DNA of 63,557 nucleotides, filler included, from Octopus bimaculoides (Eukaryota): NCBI RefSeq assembly GCF_001194135.2. It is 7 parts of 7 records of this genome, joined end to end, with 100 filler letters (N's around TTAATTAATTAA, not from the genome) between each part and the next. Parts side by side here need not be neighbours in the genome. Positions count along the whole stretch, not along the records: positions 37,514 to 45,781 come from NC_068982.1; positions 45,882 to 48,671 come from NC_068993.1; positions 48,772 to 62,363 come from NC_069008.1; 4 more parts are not named here. One strand, 5' to 3'. Shown piece by piece: positions 39,301 to 51,414 of this stretch (position 1 is its first letter; each line of letters starts with the position of its first letter). The notes under the pieces were generated by a model. It saw only the letters and a program-made list of their open reading frames with translations, ran no database searches and was not told where the DNA came from. The position numbers and the translations under genes were made by a program.

Positions 39301-41967
39301 ATGCGCATTTTTCTACTTCCCAAATACATAACACAAACACACACACACACACAAACATACACACATTATATATGGTACATAAAATAGTGATCCATAGTGC
39401 CAGTGTTTAATCACCAGCGAGTTTTCTTAGAAGAGTTTGTCTATCTGAAGTTGTTGTTTAAGATCAAATTCGTCTTGATGGAACTGTTTTATGATGAAAC
39501 AAATCTCAGCGTTAATCATCCAATTTTTGTATAGCTAGGTCTGTCTTGAGTAAAGATTCTTTCTTTAAAAAGGTAGGTTGTAAATTGACAGAAGCTGGGA
39601 TGTGTTTTCTATCAAGGGACGAAACTTCGTAGAGACTGCCTTATTGAGCTTAAAATTAATGAAAGTTACAGCTATCACTTCGTTGCTGATAACCCTGAGG
39701 TTCGAAGTGTTTTCGAGGTCTCTCCTGAGGTTCAATTTATTCGTAAACTTATCGGAAAGGAGCAAACTAGGGAGAATATTCGAAATTTTTCGATCTATTG
39801 AAAATAAATTATCAAATGGAAAATTTCATACAATTGTTGAAGAAAGTGAATTGTATGGCTCAGGGATAAATAGTCGATAAAACAAGCAAATATCTTTTAT
39901 GGGTAATTCAGTATTTCCTCAAGTAAGTATAATTTCGATTACCAAGTTCCGTCGTGCCTTAAATAACCCTTATAGTAGTATTACTTCCCGATAAAGTAAG
40001 CACCACACCGCCAAATCAATAGACTATTCGTTGGCTTTCGTAGTTTCATTCGGCAGAAATATTAACTATGATAGATCAGTGTCCGAGACAAGAAAAAACT
40101 AAATTCTCAACTTAAGATAAACATCGACCCTCGTGGAATGTCATATTTGAAAGAATAATTACCCTATGTTATACGTATGATTGTGTTGGCAGAGTGAACA
40201 TGGGTACAGACTCATCCACTGAGGTATTTATTTAGGGTGTGCTTATATCAGTTGCTCTTAGTTAAATAAGTGAAAACATATCAGCTCAGTACATGAATTT
40301 GTCTAATGCAAGTAGTATTCCCACGAAACGTTGCATACTTATTTCCGTCTTTAAGGTGAATAATCTCGCTCGGAGATATAATACAACGCCTGTAGTTTGT
40401 TAAATACATTCGTCTTTTCTCACTAGTTACTGTGTGTTGTGTAAAAAAACTTGAGGTTTTTGATTCTGCTAAATTACACCAAGTCTGCGTGAAATATTTT
40501 CGAAACAGAGCTTACGTCTTCTTACAAATAGAATTTCTTTACTCACATTTGTTTTTCATATTAATTATGTTGTAAATATTTGCCAAGAATATTATGTAGT
40601 GAAATGCAAAACAATTCTGTCAGAGAAAGGGAACAAAATCTTACATTTATTTTAAGCAGTTAATCGTTTGAAACGGGACAGTACCAATGAACGTTGCAGG
40701 GATGCTCAGACTGCAGTTAACACTCATCTTCAATATCCGGGGTGGAATGGGGGTTACATTATCCGCTGTTAAACGTGAGCCAGGGGTTTGCATTTCTCAA
40801 ATGTATCACTCCCTCCAAACAAGTATTCTAATGAGTTGGAAAATAGAAAAGTCAAAACAAATGCATGAGAGAAGGTAGAAACAGAATTGACGGCCATTCG
40901 ATTTCATCATTTTTATTTTGTTTTTGTTTAAGCTTATTGTGTGTGTCTTGCATTCTTCAATTAAATCTGTTCCATCAACAAAAAGTACCATCTTTTTATA
41001 CTTTCATCTTATACTAAATTTAATGATAACATCTGCTTAATTACGGATTCAAAATACTTTTTCTAATAGACTTATTTTTAAAGCGCGGATGTCATCTGTT
41101 TCTTACACACATACTACTATTTCCGTCCACTTGTTGTTCGTGTTGTGGTTATTGTAGTGGTTGTTACTCTTGCTGCTGCTGATGGTGCTGTTGTTATTTT
41201 GATTTTTCTCTTATGCAAGTGTGCAAGTGTCTCTTCAACTTTTCCTTCACCATGAAATACACGAAAGTAATCTTACTGGAATAAATGATTTCGTGAGATC
41301 TATGTGTCTTCAGTAACCCACTATTAATACTATCCCTCATCACGGACAGCACAATCACTGATTACCGCAATCACTATGATCTAATCGATACAATTCTCTA
41401 ATACTTACTAAAAACCGCAATTTGGACGTCCGTGGAATTATATACATAATGTGTCATCTTCTCAATATTAATTTAATTATTATTCACAATATTGTTCTAT
41501 GTAAATCATTGTACAATCATCGCCTGGCACTCTTTTCGTACTTGAATATATGTCAACCATGTCAGTTTGGTAATTTTCTCTGTGAGCCGATTCTCACACT
41601 GAAACAAATCAGAGGAGTAAACGATAAACTTAATCTAAATACTAGATAATGATAAGAGGTATGAATGACACAGACTCACTTAATAACACACACACACGCA
41701 CACACACACATACACACACACAGCACACACACACATACACACAGAGTTGCCAAACGACTTCAGTAACTCTACAGTAATTCTAATATGTAATAGTACTCTA
41801 CTGGAAACGGTACTTTTCGATTATATATATATATATATATATATATNNNNNNNNNNNNNNNNNNNNNNNNNNNNNNNNNNNNNNNNNNNNNNNNNNNNNN
41901 NNNNNNNNNNNNNNNNNNNNNNNNNNNNNNNNNNNNNNNNNNNNNNNNNNNNNNNNNNNNNNNATAT

Positions 41968-42014
<47 letters not shown>

Positions 42015-42490
42015 GATATATAGATATATAGATTTATATATACAGATTTACAGAAAACAAAAGGCGAACAAAAAGTGAAGACAGGTGAGGAACAACAGGC
42101 AGGTGTATTAGATTGACGCTCGGGAAGAATGAAGAAACCTTTGTGGTTTCGAGCCTACAAAGAAAGGTTTGAAACGGGAAAAAAACTTGCATTTATTCAT
42201 AATTGCATGCATCTTAACTATGTGTGCGTGTGTGTATGTGTGTGTGTGCGTGTGTGTGTGCGTGCGTGCGTGCGTGCGTGCGCGTGTGTGTTATTAAGAG
42301 TGAAAAATGTGAATGGATTAACGGTTCAACATCTGTGTGTGTATATCTATATATATATGCATATATAAATTAAAGGTTATTTGCCGATACAATGTGGCTG
42401 TTCTAAAGGGACTATGTTACTGTTGTTTTAGCCTCAAGAAACATCGTTTCTAGCTGGCGAAACGACACATTATCTGTGTCCTTACATTTT

Positions 42491-42833
42491 CAAAGAGAGA
42501 CATTCAGTAACAGTTTCTTAAAGTAAAGGCTATTTGCCAACATAATGTGGCTGTCGTGGATGGGACGATGTTACTTGGCCATCTGGCCAAGCAGCTACTC
42601 TGTGTTGATAAAGAGCAATAACCCAGAAACTAGTCCACAAATGTTGTTTTGCGCTTGGTGTGGGTGCTGAACTCCCTGTTCGAAAATATAAGGACACGGA
42701 TATTGTGTCGTATAACCACCTAGCAAAGATGTTTTTGGGGGATAAAAGAGGAACATCGTCCCTTCCAGGACTACCACATTATGATAGCAAATAGTTATTA
42801 CTTTAAAAAACAGTTACTGAATGCCTCTCTCTG
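42491..42833. mobile_element. ~343-bp MITE with ~82-bp diverged TIRs
   Basis: 42491-42572 matches the reverse complement of 42752-42833 (gagagacattcagtaacagtt...gggacgatgtt). A third partial arm copy lies at ~42375-42420. Confidence 0.7.
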
Positions 42834-42852
42834 AGAGATTTAGAAATAATAC

Positions 42853-42910
<58 letters not shown>

Positions 42911-43082
42911 GATATGTGACACTTATTCAGTAGCCATGATAAAACTCCGAGTTTCGGATGCTAGGATGGGGGGTCCACTCCAGCATCTCTTCAGTTATCC
43001 AGCNNNNNNNNNNNNNNNNNNNNNNTGTGTGTGTGTGTGTGTGTGTGTGTGTAAAGATATGTGACACTTATTCAGTAGCCAT

Positions 43083-43144
43083 GATAAAACTCCGAGTTTC
43101 GGATGCTAGGATGGGGGGTCCACTCCAGCATCTCTTCAGTTATC
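43083..43144 (-). ncRNA. Mirror-copy hammerhead motif, GUU triplet
   Basis: Reverse complement of 43203-43264, identical except at 43088, which changes the cleavage-site C17 to U. Confidence 0.7.
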
Positions 43145-43202
43145 CAGCTACCGGAAATTCCTTTGAAAAACGGTCATTTTTCAAAGGAATTTCCGGTAGC
43201 TG

Positions 43203-43264
43203 GATAACTGAAGAGATGCTGGAGTGGACCCCCCATCCTAGCATCCGAAACTCGGAGTCTTATC
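43203..43264 (+). ncRNA. Minimal type I hammerhead ribozyme motif, GUC cleavage triplet
   Basis: GAUAA (stem I) - CUGAAGA - GAUGCU...AGCAUC (stem II, plus one extra C) - GAAA - stem III ACU/AGU with loop CGG - GUC (43257-43259) - UUAUC (pairs GAUAA). All core nucleotides are present. Confidence 0.75.
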
Positions 43265-43361
43265 ATGGCTACTGAATAAGTGTCACATATCTTTACAGAT
43301 AAATTCCTCTATTTGCATAATATCGAGGTCTCTTTCTTTCTTTTGTTGCCATTCCTGTCAA

Positions 43362-43393
<32 letters not shown>

Positions 43394-43802
43394 GTATTTA
43401 TGTATGTATATATACACTTTTCATTTCTTTAGAATTATTTAATTATCATGGAAAATTGTTTTCCTCGTGTGTATATCAGTGTAGAATTATAGGATAATAT
43501 GTATTTAGAGAAAAGCAAGTCAAGCTATTATGCTTAAGTCACAAAACTAAAATCACCAATAAACATTGTTTCAAAAGCTTTACACATTACGGAAACAGAG
43601 AATAATTTCATCATTTGTCTGAAATAGAAGAAAATGTATGCTAATATAATTACATACAGAAAGCATTGCATCAAATGATGCACTCATTTATTAAACTTTA
43701 GCAGAAAAATGTTCTTCATAAATTATTAATAGTATTGAGTAGAACTTTATTAACTATGTATATGTAAAGGAAACAGAGAAAACTCGAGTATAACACTTAA
43801 GA

Positions 43803-43852
<50 letters not shown>

Positions 43853-46058
43853 ATCAATCTGTAGATGTATGTCATACTCGGTCTCTCTACGTCTATATGT
43901 ATGAGAGAAGGAGAGAGAGTGGGAGGGCTACGTTACAACTGATTATGACGTAGCACACGAACACATACATACATGTATACATACATGCATACACATACAT
44001 ATATATATGACATACACACACACACTCACATACGTATTTATTTATATAAACTTATATATGTATATACACGCGTACTTATATCTCAGCTAGATAATTAATA
44101 TTTTTTATTTAAAAAAAAAATTTTATTTAAAAAAAATACTAATATTGTATATTTAATACAGTTATTTGAAACAACGACTGCATATCATGTATTCAACATA
44201 AAAAGGGCAATAATATTTGAAATACATTATTCTCCTTATCACTGGTTGATTAAATTCGATTTAGAAAGTAGAATGAATGTCTTTGAATTATCTGTTTAAT
44301 CTTATTTAATTTCGATCTTACCTTAAACTTTTCCACTTTTTTGTACGGTTCCTGTGAAATGTATTTGCATAAAGATACTATTTAATTCTGGTCAAATTTG
44401 TATAACTCTGTCTGTGTGACTATTGATAAACGGTCGATAAAAATACAAAACATTTCTTGATATTGATGAGTTATCAATAAAAAATATCAAAAATCAAACC
44501 GTGAAAAATCAAATCATTCGTCATTGGAAAGACGCCTCGGTCTTGACTCAACGGAAATCTTAGATGTGACCGCTGATGGAAGATATGGCTGAACCAGCAC
44601 TGGGCTGGTGCTCTTTTATAACTGAGCAGACTGGAGCAATGTGGAAGGAAGTGCCTTGCTCAAGGACCTAATGGACCTTCTGGACTAAGATGAGTTCCTC
44701 AGTCGAGAGCCTTAACCGTTAGGCCAGGCAACTTTTGAAGAAGTTTTGTAAGTCATTTTTTAAAACAATATCGTTATAACTGAAAATACTATTTATTCAA
44801 CGAAGAGCCAAAGACACTTGCCTTATGAAATAAATGAATTATTTCGTTTTCTTTTGTATTCCAAATTTCAGCAGAAATAAACGCAATTTCCAAATGTTAT
44901 GAGTTTCTAATAAGTAAAGATAAATAGATATTGTATTATGTACCCAAAGCATAAAAAAATGGAATGGCTATCCAAAAATACATTGAGACATTGAGATTTT
45001 TCTATATATAATACAACGTACAAATTCATACAATCATACTCCATGTCTCAAATATACGGGTTACTTGCAAAGGAATTACTTTGAATTTGGACGGGTAATA
45101 TCAATCGTAACTTTAATTTAATGAGCAAAAGATGTTTGACAAACTTACTGTTAATAGGACTTTGACATTCATATTTAAAGCATTTCTTATATGTAGCAAG
45201 AGTTCTTTGAAACGCATTATATCGTATCATCCATTTCTTTACCTCTAGTGAAATACTTTAAAGCTTGTGAGAGATAATCTCTTCCTATCTCGCTCTCTTT
45301 CTTTCTACCTATCTATCACTTTCTCTTTCTGTATTCCCGTTTCATTTTTTCCTATATATCTTTTTATCGTTCATTAAATGTTTCTCCGTTCATCCTTTAT
45401 GAAAAATCGATACGAGACTTCGCTTACATATCAAAATAAAGCAAATCCAGTTAGACATCTGTGCTTTGTATTATTCAAAAAAGTAATGATCTTGTTTTTA
45501 CTTTGTTTTCTCCAATTGTCGATATTTTTTCTAATGTGATTTATACAAATATTGTGTAATATTTTTCTCTAATGTAGTTCGACCGTCGAAGAAAATCTGG
45601 ATCAAGTCGATACGAAGAATAGAAACACTCGATGTTTGATGCTAAAATATATTCAGAATATTATTGAATTAGGATTAGTTTTTTTTCATTTGATTAATGT
45701 CACACAGACACAAGTACACAATAAGTATTTGTATGCACACACGCACACATATATGCATACATATCTACATATATATGTAGGNNNNNNNNNNNNNNNNNNN
45801 NNNNNNNNNNNNNNNNNNNNNNNNNTTAATTAATTAANNNNNNNNNNNNNNNNNNNNNNNNNNNNNNNNNNNNNNNNNNNNGGAAGGTTCCTATCAGTTC
45901 ACTTAAACGAAGGTGGTCAAGCGATTCAACATAAAATTTTTTTTTTTTTAAATCTTGAAATAACAAGAAACAAACAGACAAGAAAAAATAAACGTAAAAA
46001 AAAAAGAATGAAAAGTGAAAAACGAAACAGAAGAAAATTATATAGCTATCATGGGATT

Positions 46059-46102
<44 letters not shown>

Positions 46103-46177
46103 CAGAAGAACAAGAGAAAGAATGTTACTAATGATAATAATAATGATGATAATAAAATAATAACATATATGTACGAA

Positions 46178-46213
<36 letters not shown>

Positions 46214-48638
46214 TGTGTGCGCGTAACGTGGAGGGATGAAGAGAAAAATAGAGAACTCATTTAGTAAAAAAGATTACAGCTTGAATAGCAAAGGAATCGT
46301 TTTAAATTGACCTTACTGGAGACATTTTTATTATTCTCTGTCATTAATGGCAATTTTGTTTGGCATTAATTGTTGAAACATAGAAAGAAAAAAAATGGAC
46401 AGACCTATCAATATGTTAGAATTATAGTGAATAGTTATCTTAAAGAAATAATAAAAAACGATAACAATGATCTGTTATACTATTCCTGGCAAATATTTGT
46501 GCGAAACACTCGTTGTATAATGCATTACCAAATTTGTTAAGCTACTCAGGAATATGATTCTATATTCTTGTAGCGAATATGACCGTGATAGCGCTGTTGG
46601 TGATATTGTCGTCTCCTTTGTAGTATTATTGTGAATATAGCTGTGATGACATTGTTCTTGTCAGCGTATTCCCTGTAGAAATATTACATAGTAATGGCTG
46701 TATCTTGAATCTGAGGAAGATTGTTCTACAATTTCTTGTTGAACAATCGGCACAAATGATTTGTTTATTGTTATCAAACGCTGCACAGTAGCTCACTTCC
46801 TCCATCATATCGACATTACCTGAAAAGGTGTACGGTATACCACAGATCAGGTGTCGAAGTGGACACAAAGCAACGTGTAATGAAGTGCTTTGCTCAAGAA
46901 CACTACGCACCTCCCTGTTCTGCGATCGAACCCACAATATCGCAATCGTGAGTGCAACATCATAACCACTAGGCCATACGCCATCACAGTAATATATGAT
47001 AAACGGTATAACTCTGTTGATATAGGTATCGCTTTCTTCTCTCTGGTATTATAGAGGATACAGTAATGACATTAGTGGCACTAATGTCTAATACCAATTT
47101 TAAATTTTGGCACCAGTCCAGGAATTTTGAGGAAGGGAAAGAATCGACTATATCAATCCCAGTGATCAATTGGTACTCATTTTATCGACCCGAAAGAATG
47201 AACGGCATGGGAACTGGTTCACGTGACATTAAGGCATCTCCATAATCCGATGGATCTCTGTGACACATGCAATCCCACTTCCAGCCTTCTACATTTTAGC
47301 TTCAGGAATATTGTCTACACTTTCAACTGGAGAGTGGAGGAGCTTGACATGTACTATCAACACATCCCAAGACAGGCATGGGAACAGACTTGACTAAGGA
47401 ATGACCCCATCATTTCTCCTAATTTGTAAACTTCCAAATTGGATCCTCCTCAACACCAGATGCGGCCTAATGTGTTTCACCATTAGAATTAAGTTTTTCA
47501 CAGTTCACCATTAGTAGTGAAATTTCCAAAAATGTTGCAAGATCTTTCTCCAGTTGACACCTTTGTTTAACAATTTAGTCCCCAACTCTAGATCGATCTT
47601 TTAAATTGTTTTTTCGTCACAAACGTAGCCTACATCCCCTTTCAATTTTATCTGAAAGATTTGTTTTTAAATGTTTTGAAGATTTCATATCTTCTTTTGT
47701 GGAAGTTTTTCTCATAATCGAATTAGTAATTTCTCATCATTAATAGCTGGAATAGCATCATATTTTAAATATTTACTTAAGTATTTACAAATGTTTTATT
47801 TTTCACTTTTGTACGACGCTAACCGTGACAATATTTACACAAAAAAAAATTGATGAAAGACCAGTATAAAATAACGTCCTAGTTTCAAATGAATATTATC
47901 TGACATAAATTGAGAAACATTTCTTTTATACGGATTTAAATGTAAATAATTACACGGTATAATCAAGTTAATTATGGAGGAGACCTTAAGAATCGACACG
48001 TAGAAAGCGAAAGCATTTTTATTTATTTCTAAATATTTTTGTCAACTTCCAAATAATTGATTTTAGAAACAAGGGATGCAATATTGGGGGAATGAGGTGG
48101 TTCGATACTATCACACCCTGTATTTAAGAGCACCACTCAAGCACCAGGATCGATCGTATTGACTAGCGTCATCTTCTCAATATTGTTGCCCGTGCGCCTA
48201 AATCAAAATCCATTATCCGGAAATTGACAGAAATATAAAGAAATTAAGAAATGGTTATAATACTTTAATTGTTCGATATTTTCCTACTTTAATATTTATT
48301 GAAGTTTAGTTCACATAACGATGGCTTAGAAAACGATATTAATTTCTGTAATAACATATTCTATTAATACAACATAAAGTATATTCAACCATATATAATA
48401 GTATGTTCTATTATAATAAAGTCAAGTTTATTCTATTATATTATTATGTAATAGTACATGCTATTAAAATATCTAAAATATATTCTACATGAATGATATT
48501 TAATTGTGTATTTTATTTAAGCAACATGAAATATATTCTATTATGATAATATGTAACAGTATATTCTTTAAAAATAAATCAAGTTAATTCCTATAGACAC
48601 ATTAATCTTAATAGAACCAATTGATTTCAATTTCACTG

Positions 48639-48671
<33 letters not shown>

Positions 48672-48771
48672 NNNNNNNNNNNNNNNNNNNNNNNNNNNNN
48701 NNNNNNNNNNNNNNNTTAATTAATTAANNNNNNNNNNNNNNNNNNNNNNNNNNNNNNNNNNNNNNNNNNNN

Positions 48772-49847
48772 GCCACAGATCTGGTCAGTGGCTCTCAGCA
48801 GGTTGTCCCGCAGAAATCTCCAATTGTCTTCCACGTTGTATGATGCTATATCCCCTTCTATTTCGTCAAATGCTTCGAGTAACATGTCTCTAAATCTTCG
48901 TCCATTTGGAGGGTCTTTAAGCTTCCACACCCTTCTCCTCCACGCCGGTCTGCTTCTGGGCATCCATTTTGCCTTGATCCCGAAGTTGCTAACTACTAAT
49001 CTATGTTGTGGGGTACATTCTTCGCCAGGGAAGGTTTTGGCATTTATAAGCCGCCCTCTTTCCCTATTTCTGGCGAGGATGTAGTCGATTTGGCTAGAGT
49101 GTCTGCCAGATCGGTAGGTGACTAGGTGACTGGCAGGTTTCCTGAAGTTGGTATTGCAGACCATAAGATCGATTGCATCACAGAACTCCAGCAGTCTGGT
49201 TCCCTCCTCGTTGCAGGAACCGAAGCCATAGCCTCCATGTATGCCATGGAAGCCTCCAGCACGGCGTCCGACATGACCANNNNNNNNNNNNNNNNNNNNN
49301 NNNNNNNNNNNNNNNNNNNNNNNNNNNNNNNNNNNNNNNNNNNNNNNNNNNNNNNNNNNNNNNNNNNNNNNNNNNNNNNNNNNNNNNNNNNNNNNNNNNN
49401 NNNNNNNNNNNNNNNNNNNNNNNNNNNNNNNNNNNNNNNNNNNNNNNNNNNNNNNNNNNNNNNNNNNNNNNNNNNNNNAACCTCCTCTCCGTCTTACTTC
49501 CTGGATGCAGCACATATCCACGCGTCTCCGTTCAAGCATCTCAACAATTTCACCAGATCTACCTTTCAGCATGCCGACATTGAGAGTGCCAATCCTAACA
49601 GTATGGGTGTTGGGGGTGTGGGCCTGTAGCCTGGGAAGGGGAAAAGCAGTGTCGTGTACCTGAAAAGAAAGCTTGCAATTGGCAGAATTCATAAGCAAAA
49701 CAGTACCTACAACCTGCAAACATTACACAAACTTTATGCGCTACCCAAAGGTAGGGGAGGGGATGGTGTGAGGCCACTAGATGGGTTCCAGGAGACAGCC
49801 GAGGATGACAGGAATGAACTTCCGGTGGAGGGGGTGAGAGGGCGGGT
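48772..49847 (-). mobile_element. 5' part of an RTE-clade LINE (5'UTR plus AP-endonuclease domain), cut by gaps
   Basis: RIGTLNVG, MCCIQE, GHVG, NEEGTRLLEFC, NTNFRK, SQIDYIL and QHRLVV are APE motifs of RTE ORFs. The sequence ends at the assembly spacer (48771), so the RT domain is not visible. Confidence 0.9.
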
Positions 49848-50731
49848 GTACCACAGCCAGGAGAGAGACTTCATAATCGTAGATTCTAAATATTTGAGAG
49901 ACAACAATGCTTAAATCGTAATTTTAAAAGAGCAATGAAACCTAAGTAAATAGAATAAATAAATAAATAAATAGCATGAATTTAGGAAGCCGTTGTACAA
50001 GGAAAGATGGCTAAGCTTAGATCGTAATTTTAAGGGAAGGAGCGATAAGATTTTGAATAAAGTAAGGAAAATGAATAAGTATGAATTTAAGACAAAAACT
50101 GAGTTCAATTGAATTTCATGGAGAGAAGCAGATAAATGATGGAGAACAGACGGGAGTGGGGAAACGCAAAGTTTGAGAAAAATTTTGAGGCTGTAGAGTA
50201 AAATAAAGATCTATCTTATCTGCAACATAATCTTGGAGACTTCGTTGTAGTTATGTCAGCGGAGAGTAGATTGAGACAATTTAGAAGGGATTTCTTATTT
50301 ATATACCCGGAACCTGAATCCTTAAGGAAACTACGATAGAGGGGAGTAGAGAGAGAGAGAGAGACTGATTTAGAGAGATTGAGATAGACAGAGGCATGGC
50401 GAGAGAAAGGCATATATATATATATATAGAGAGAGAGAGGGGGGGACCAGTCAAACAGCACATCATGATGGATTTATTCTTTGGGCTTTTGAAACAGAAT
50501 CAAAGAAGGCTGTTTAAACATAAATTGCAGAGACATCAACGCTTAAATCGTAATTTTGAAAGGAGCGATAGAAAATTTTTTGAATAAAGTCAAAGAAAAT
50601 GGATAAGTACCACAGCCAGGAGAGAGACTTCATAATCGTAGATTCTAAATATTTAAGAGACAACAATGCTTAAATCGTAATTTTAAAAGAGCAATGAAAC
50701 CTAAGTAAATAGAATAAATAAATAAATAAAT
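49848..50731 (+). repeat. 125-bp direct repeats (49848-49972 and 50607-50731) with internal degenerate sub-repeats
   Basis: The copies differ at one base (tatttg/tatttaagag). The sub-repeat cttaaatcgtaatttt...gagcgata...ttgaataaagt occurs at ~50015-50080 and ~50543-50610. Confidence 0.85.
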
Positions 50732-51414
50732 GCTGGGCATTACTTCCCGTCAGTTAGCCAATTTGGTCTATACATTTTTCTCTTAACATTTGTTCTACTG
50801 CACCAGTTTTTAAATATTTTATGTCTAATGTAGCTTATCACTAGTCAAGCATAATTCAAAAAATAAAATTTGATTTTGATTAAAACTAAATTAGTGAGAC
50901 TGCTTGGAATAACTAGTGAGACTGCGACAAAAAAGCTAAGTTAAGAATATTATTCAACTATTACCGTTGTTGAATGATATTTATATAAGAATTCTACACA
51001 TTTTCAACATTTTCTCAGTATTTCTCATGTATTTGTATGCATTCTGTAAAAAATTTTGTTAGGGATTGAGAAATGACTGAGTCTTATTTTAATTATCAAA
51101 GAATTAAACATAAGTCCATTAGTGACTGGACTAACATATTTCAGTTTTCATTCTATATCAGTCTGTGTCTATTGGTATTGAAACTAGAAGGAGAATGGTA
51201 TCAGAATCTTTATCAGGGCTCTTGTATAAATAAATCGGAGTGATTAGTAGTAGAAAAGTTATGGTGATTTCCCAAAATACACTTCATATGATATATGTTT
51301 GTGCTGAGAAGAAACTCTTGAAATTCTTAAATGTAATTCCAATTTCATAGATAAATGTAATGACTTTTTGATTAGATGCTCACATTCTTAGCTTTTTCAG
51401 CCCAGCTGCAGAAC

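Larger units (their letters stand above)
43050..43297. repeat. 248-bp near-perfect palindrome carrying paired hammerhead motifs; likely a non-autonomous Penelope-like/retrozyme-type element
   Basis: Arms 43050-43170 and 43177-43297 match at 120 of 121 positions, with a 6-nt loop (cggtca). Confidence 0.9.

Noticed and set aside
42905-43003. Apparent third arm of the hammerhead palindrome
   Set aside because: It is an exact copy of 43050-43148, including the preceding (TG)n, across a 22-N gap. This is most likely an overlapping-contig artefact.
46579-46791. Signal-peptide-like MTVIALLVILSSPL followed by a hydrophobic frame
   Set aside because: There is an in-frame stop after 14 codons, no recognisable homology, and it runs into a SINE.
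48724-48771. Natural end of the RTE ORF
   Set aside because: The stop comes from the synthetic spacer, so the true truncation point is unknown.
49848-50731. 125-bp repeats as an RTE target-site duplication
   Set aside because: Both copies lie on the 5' side of the element, whereas a TSD must flank both ends.
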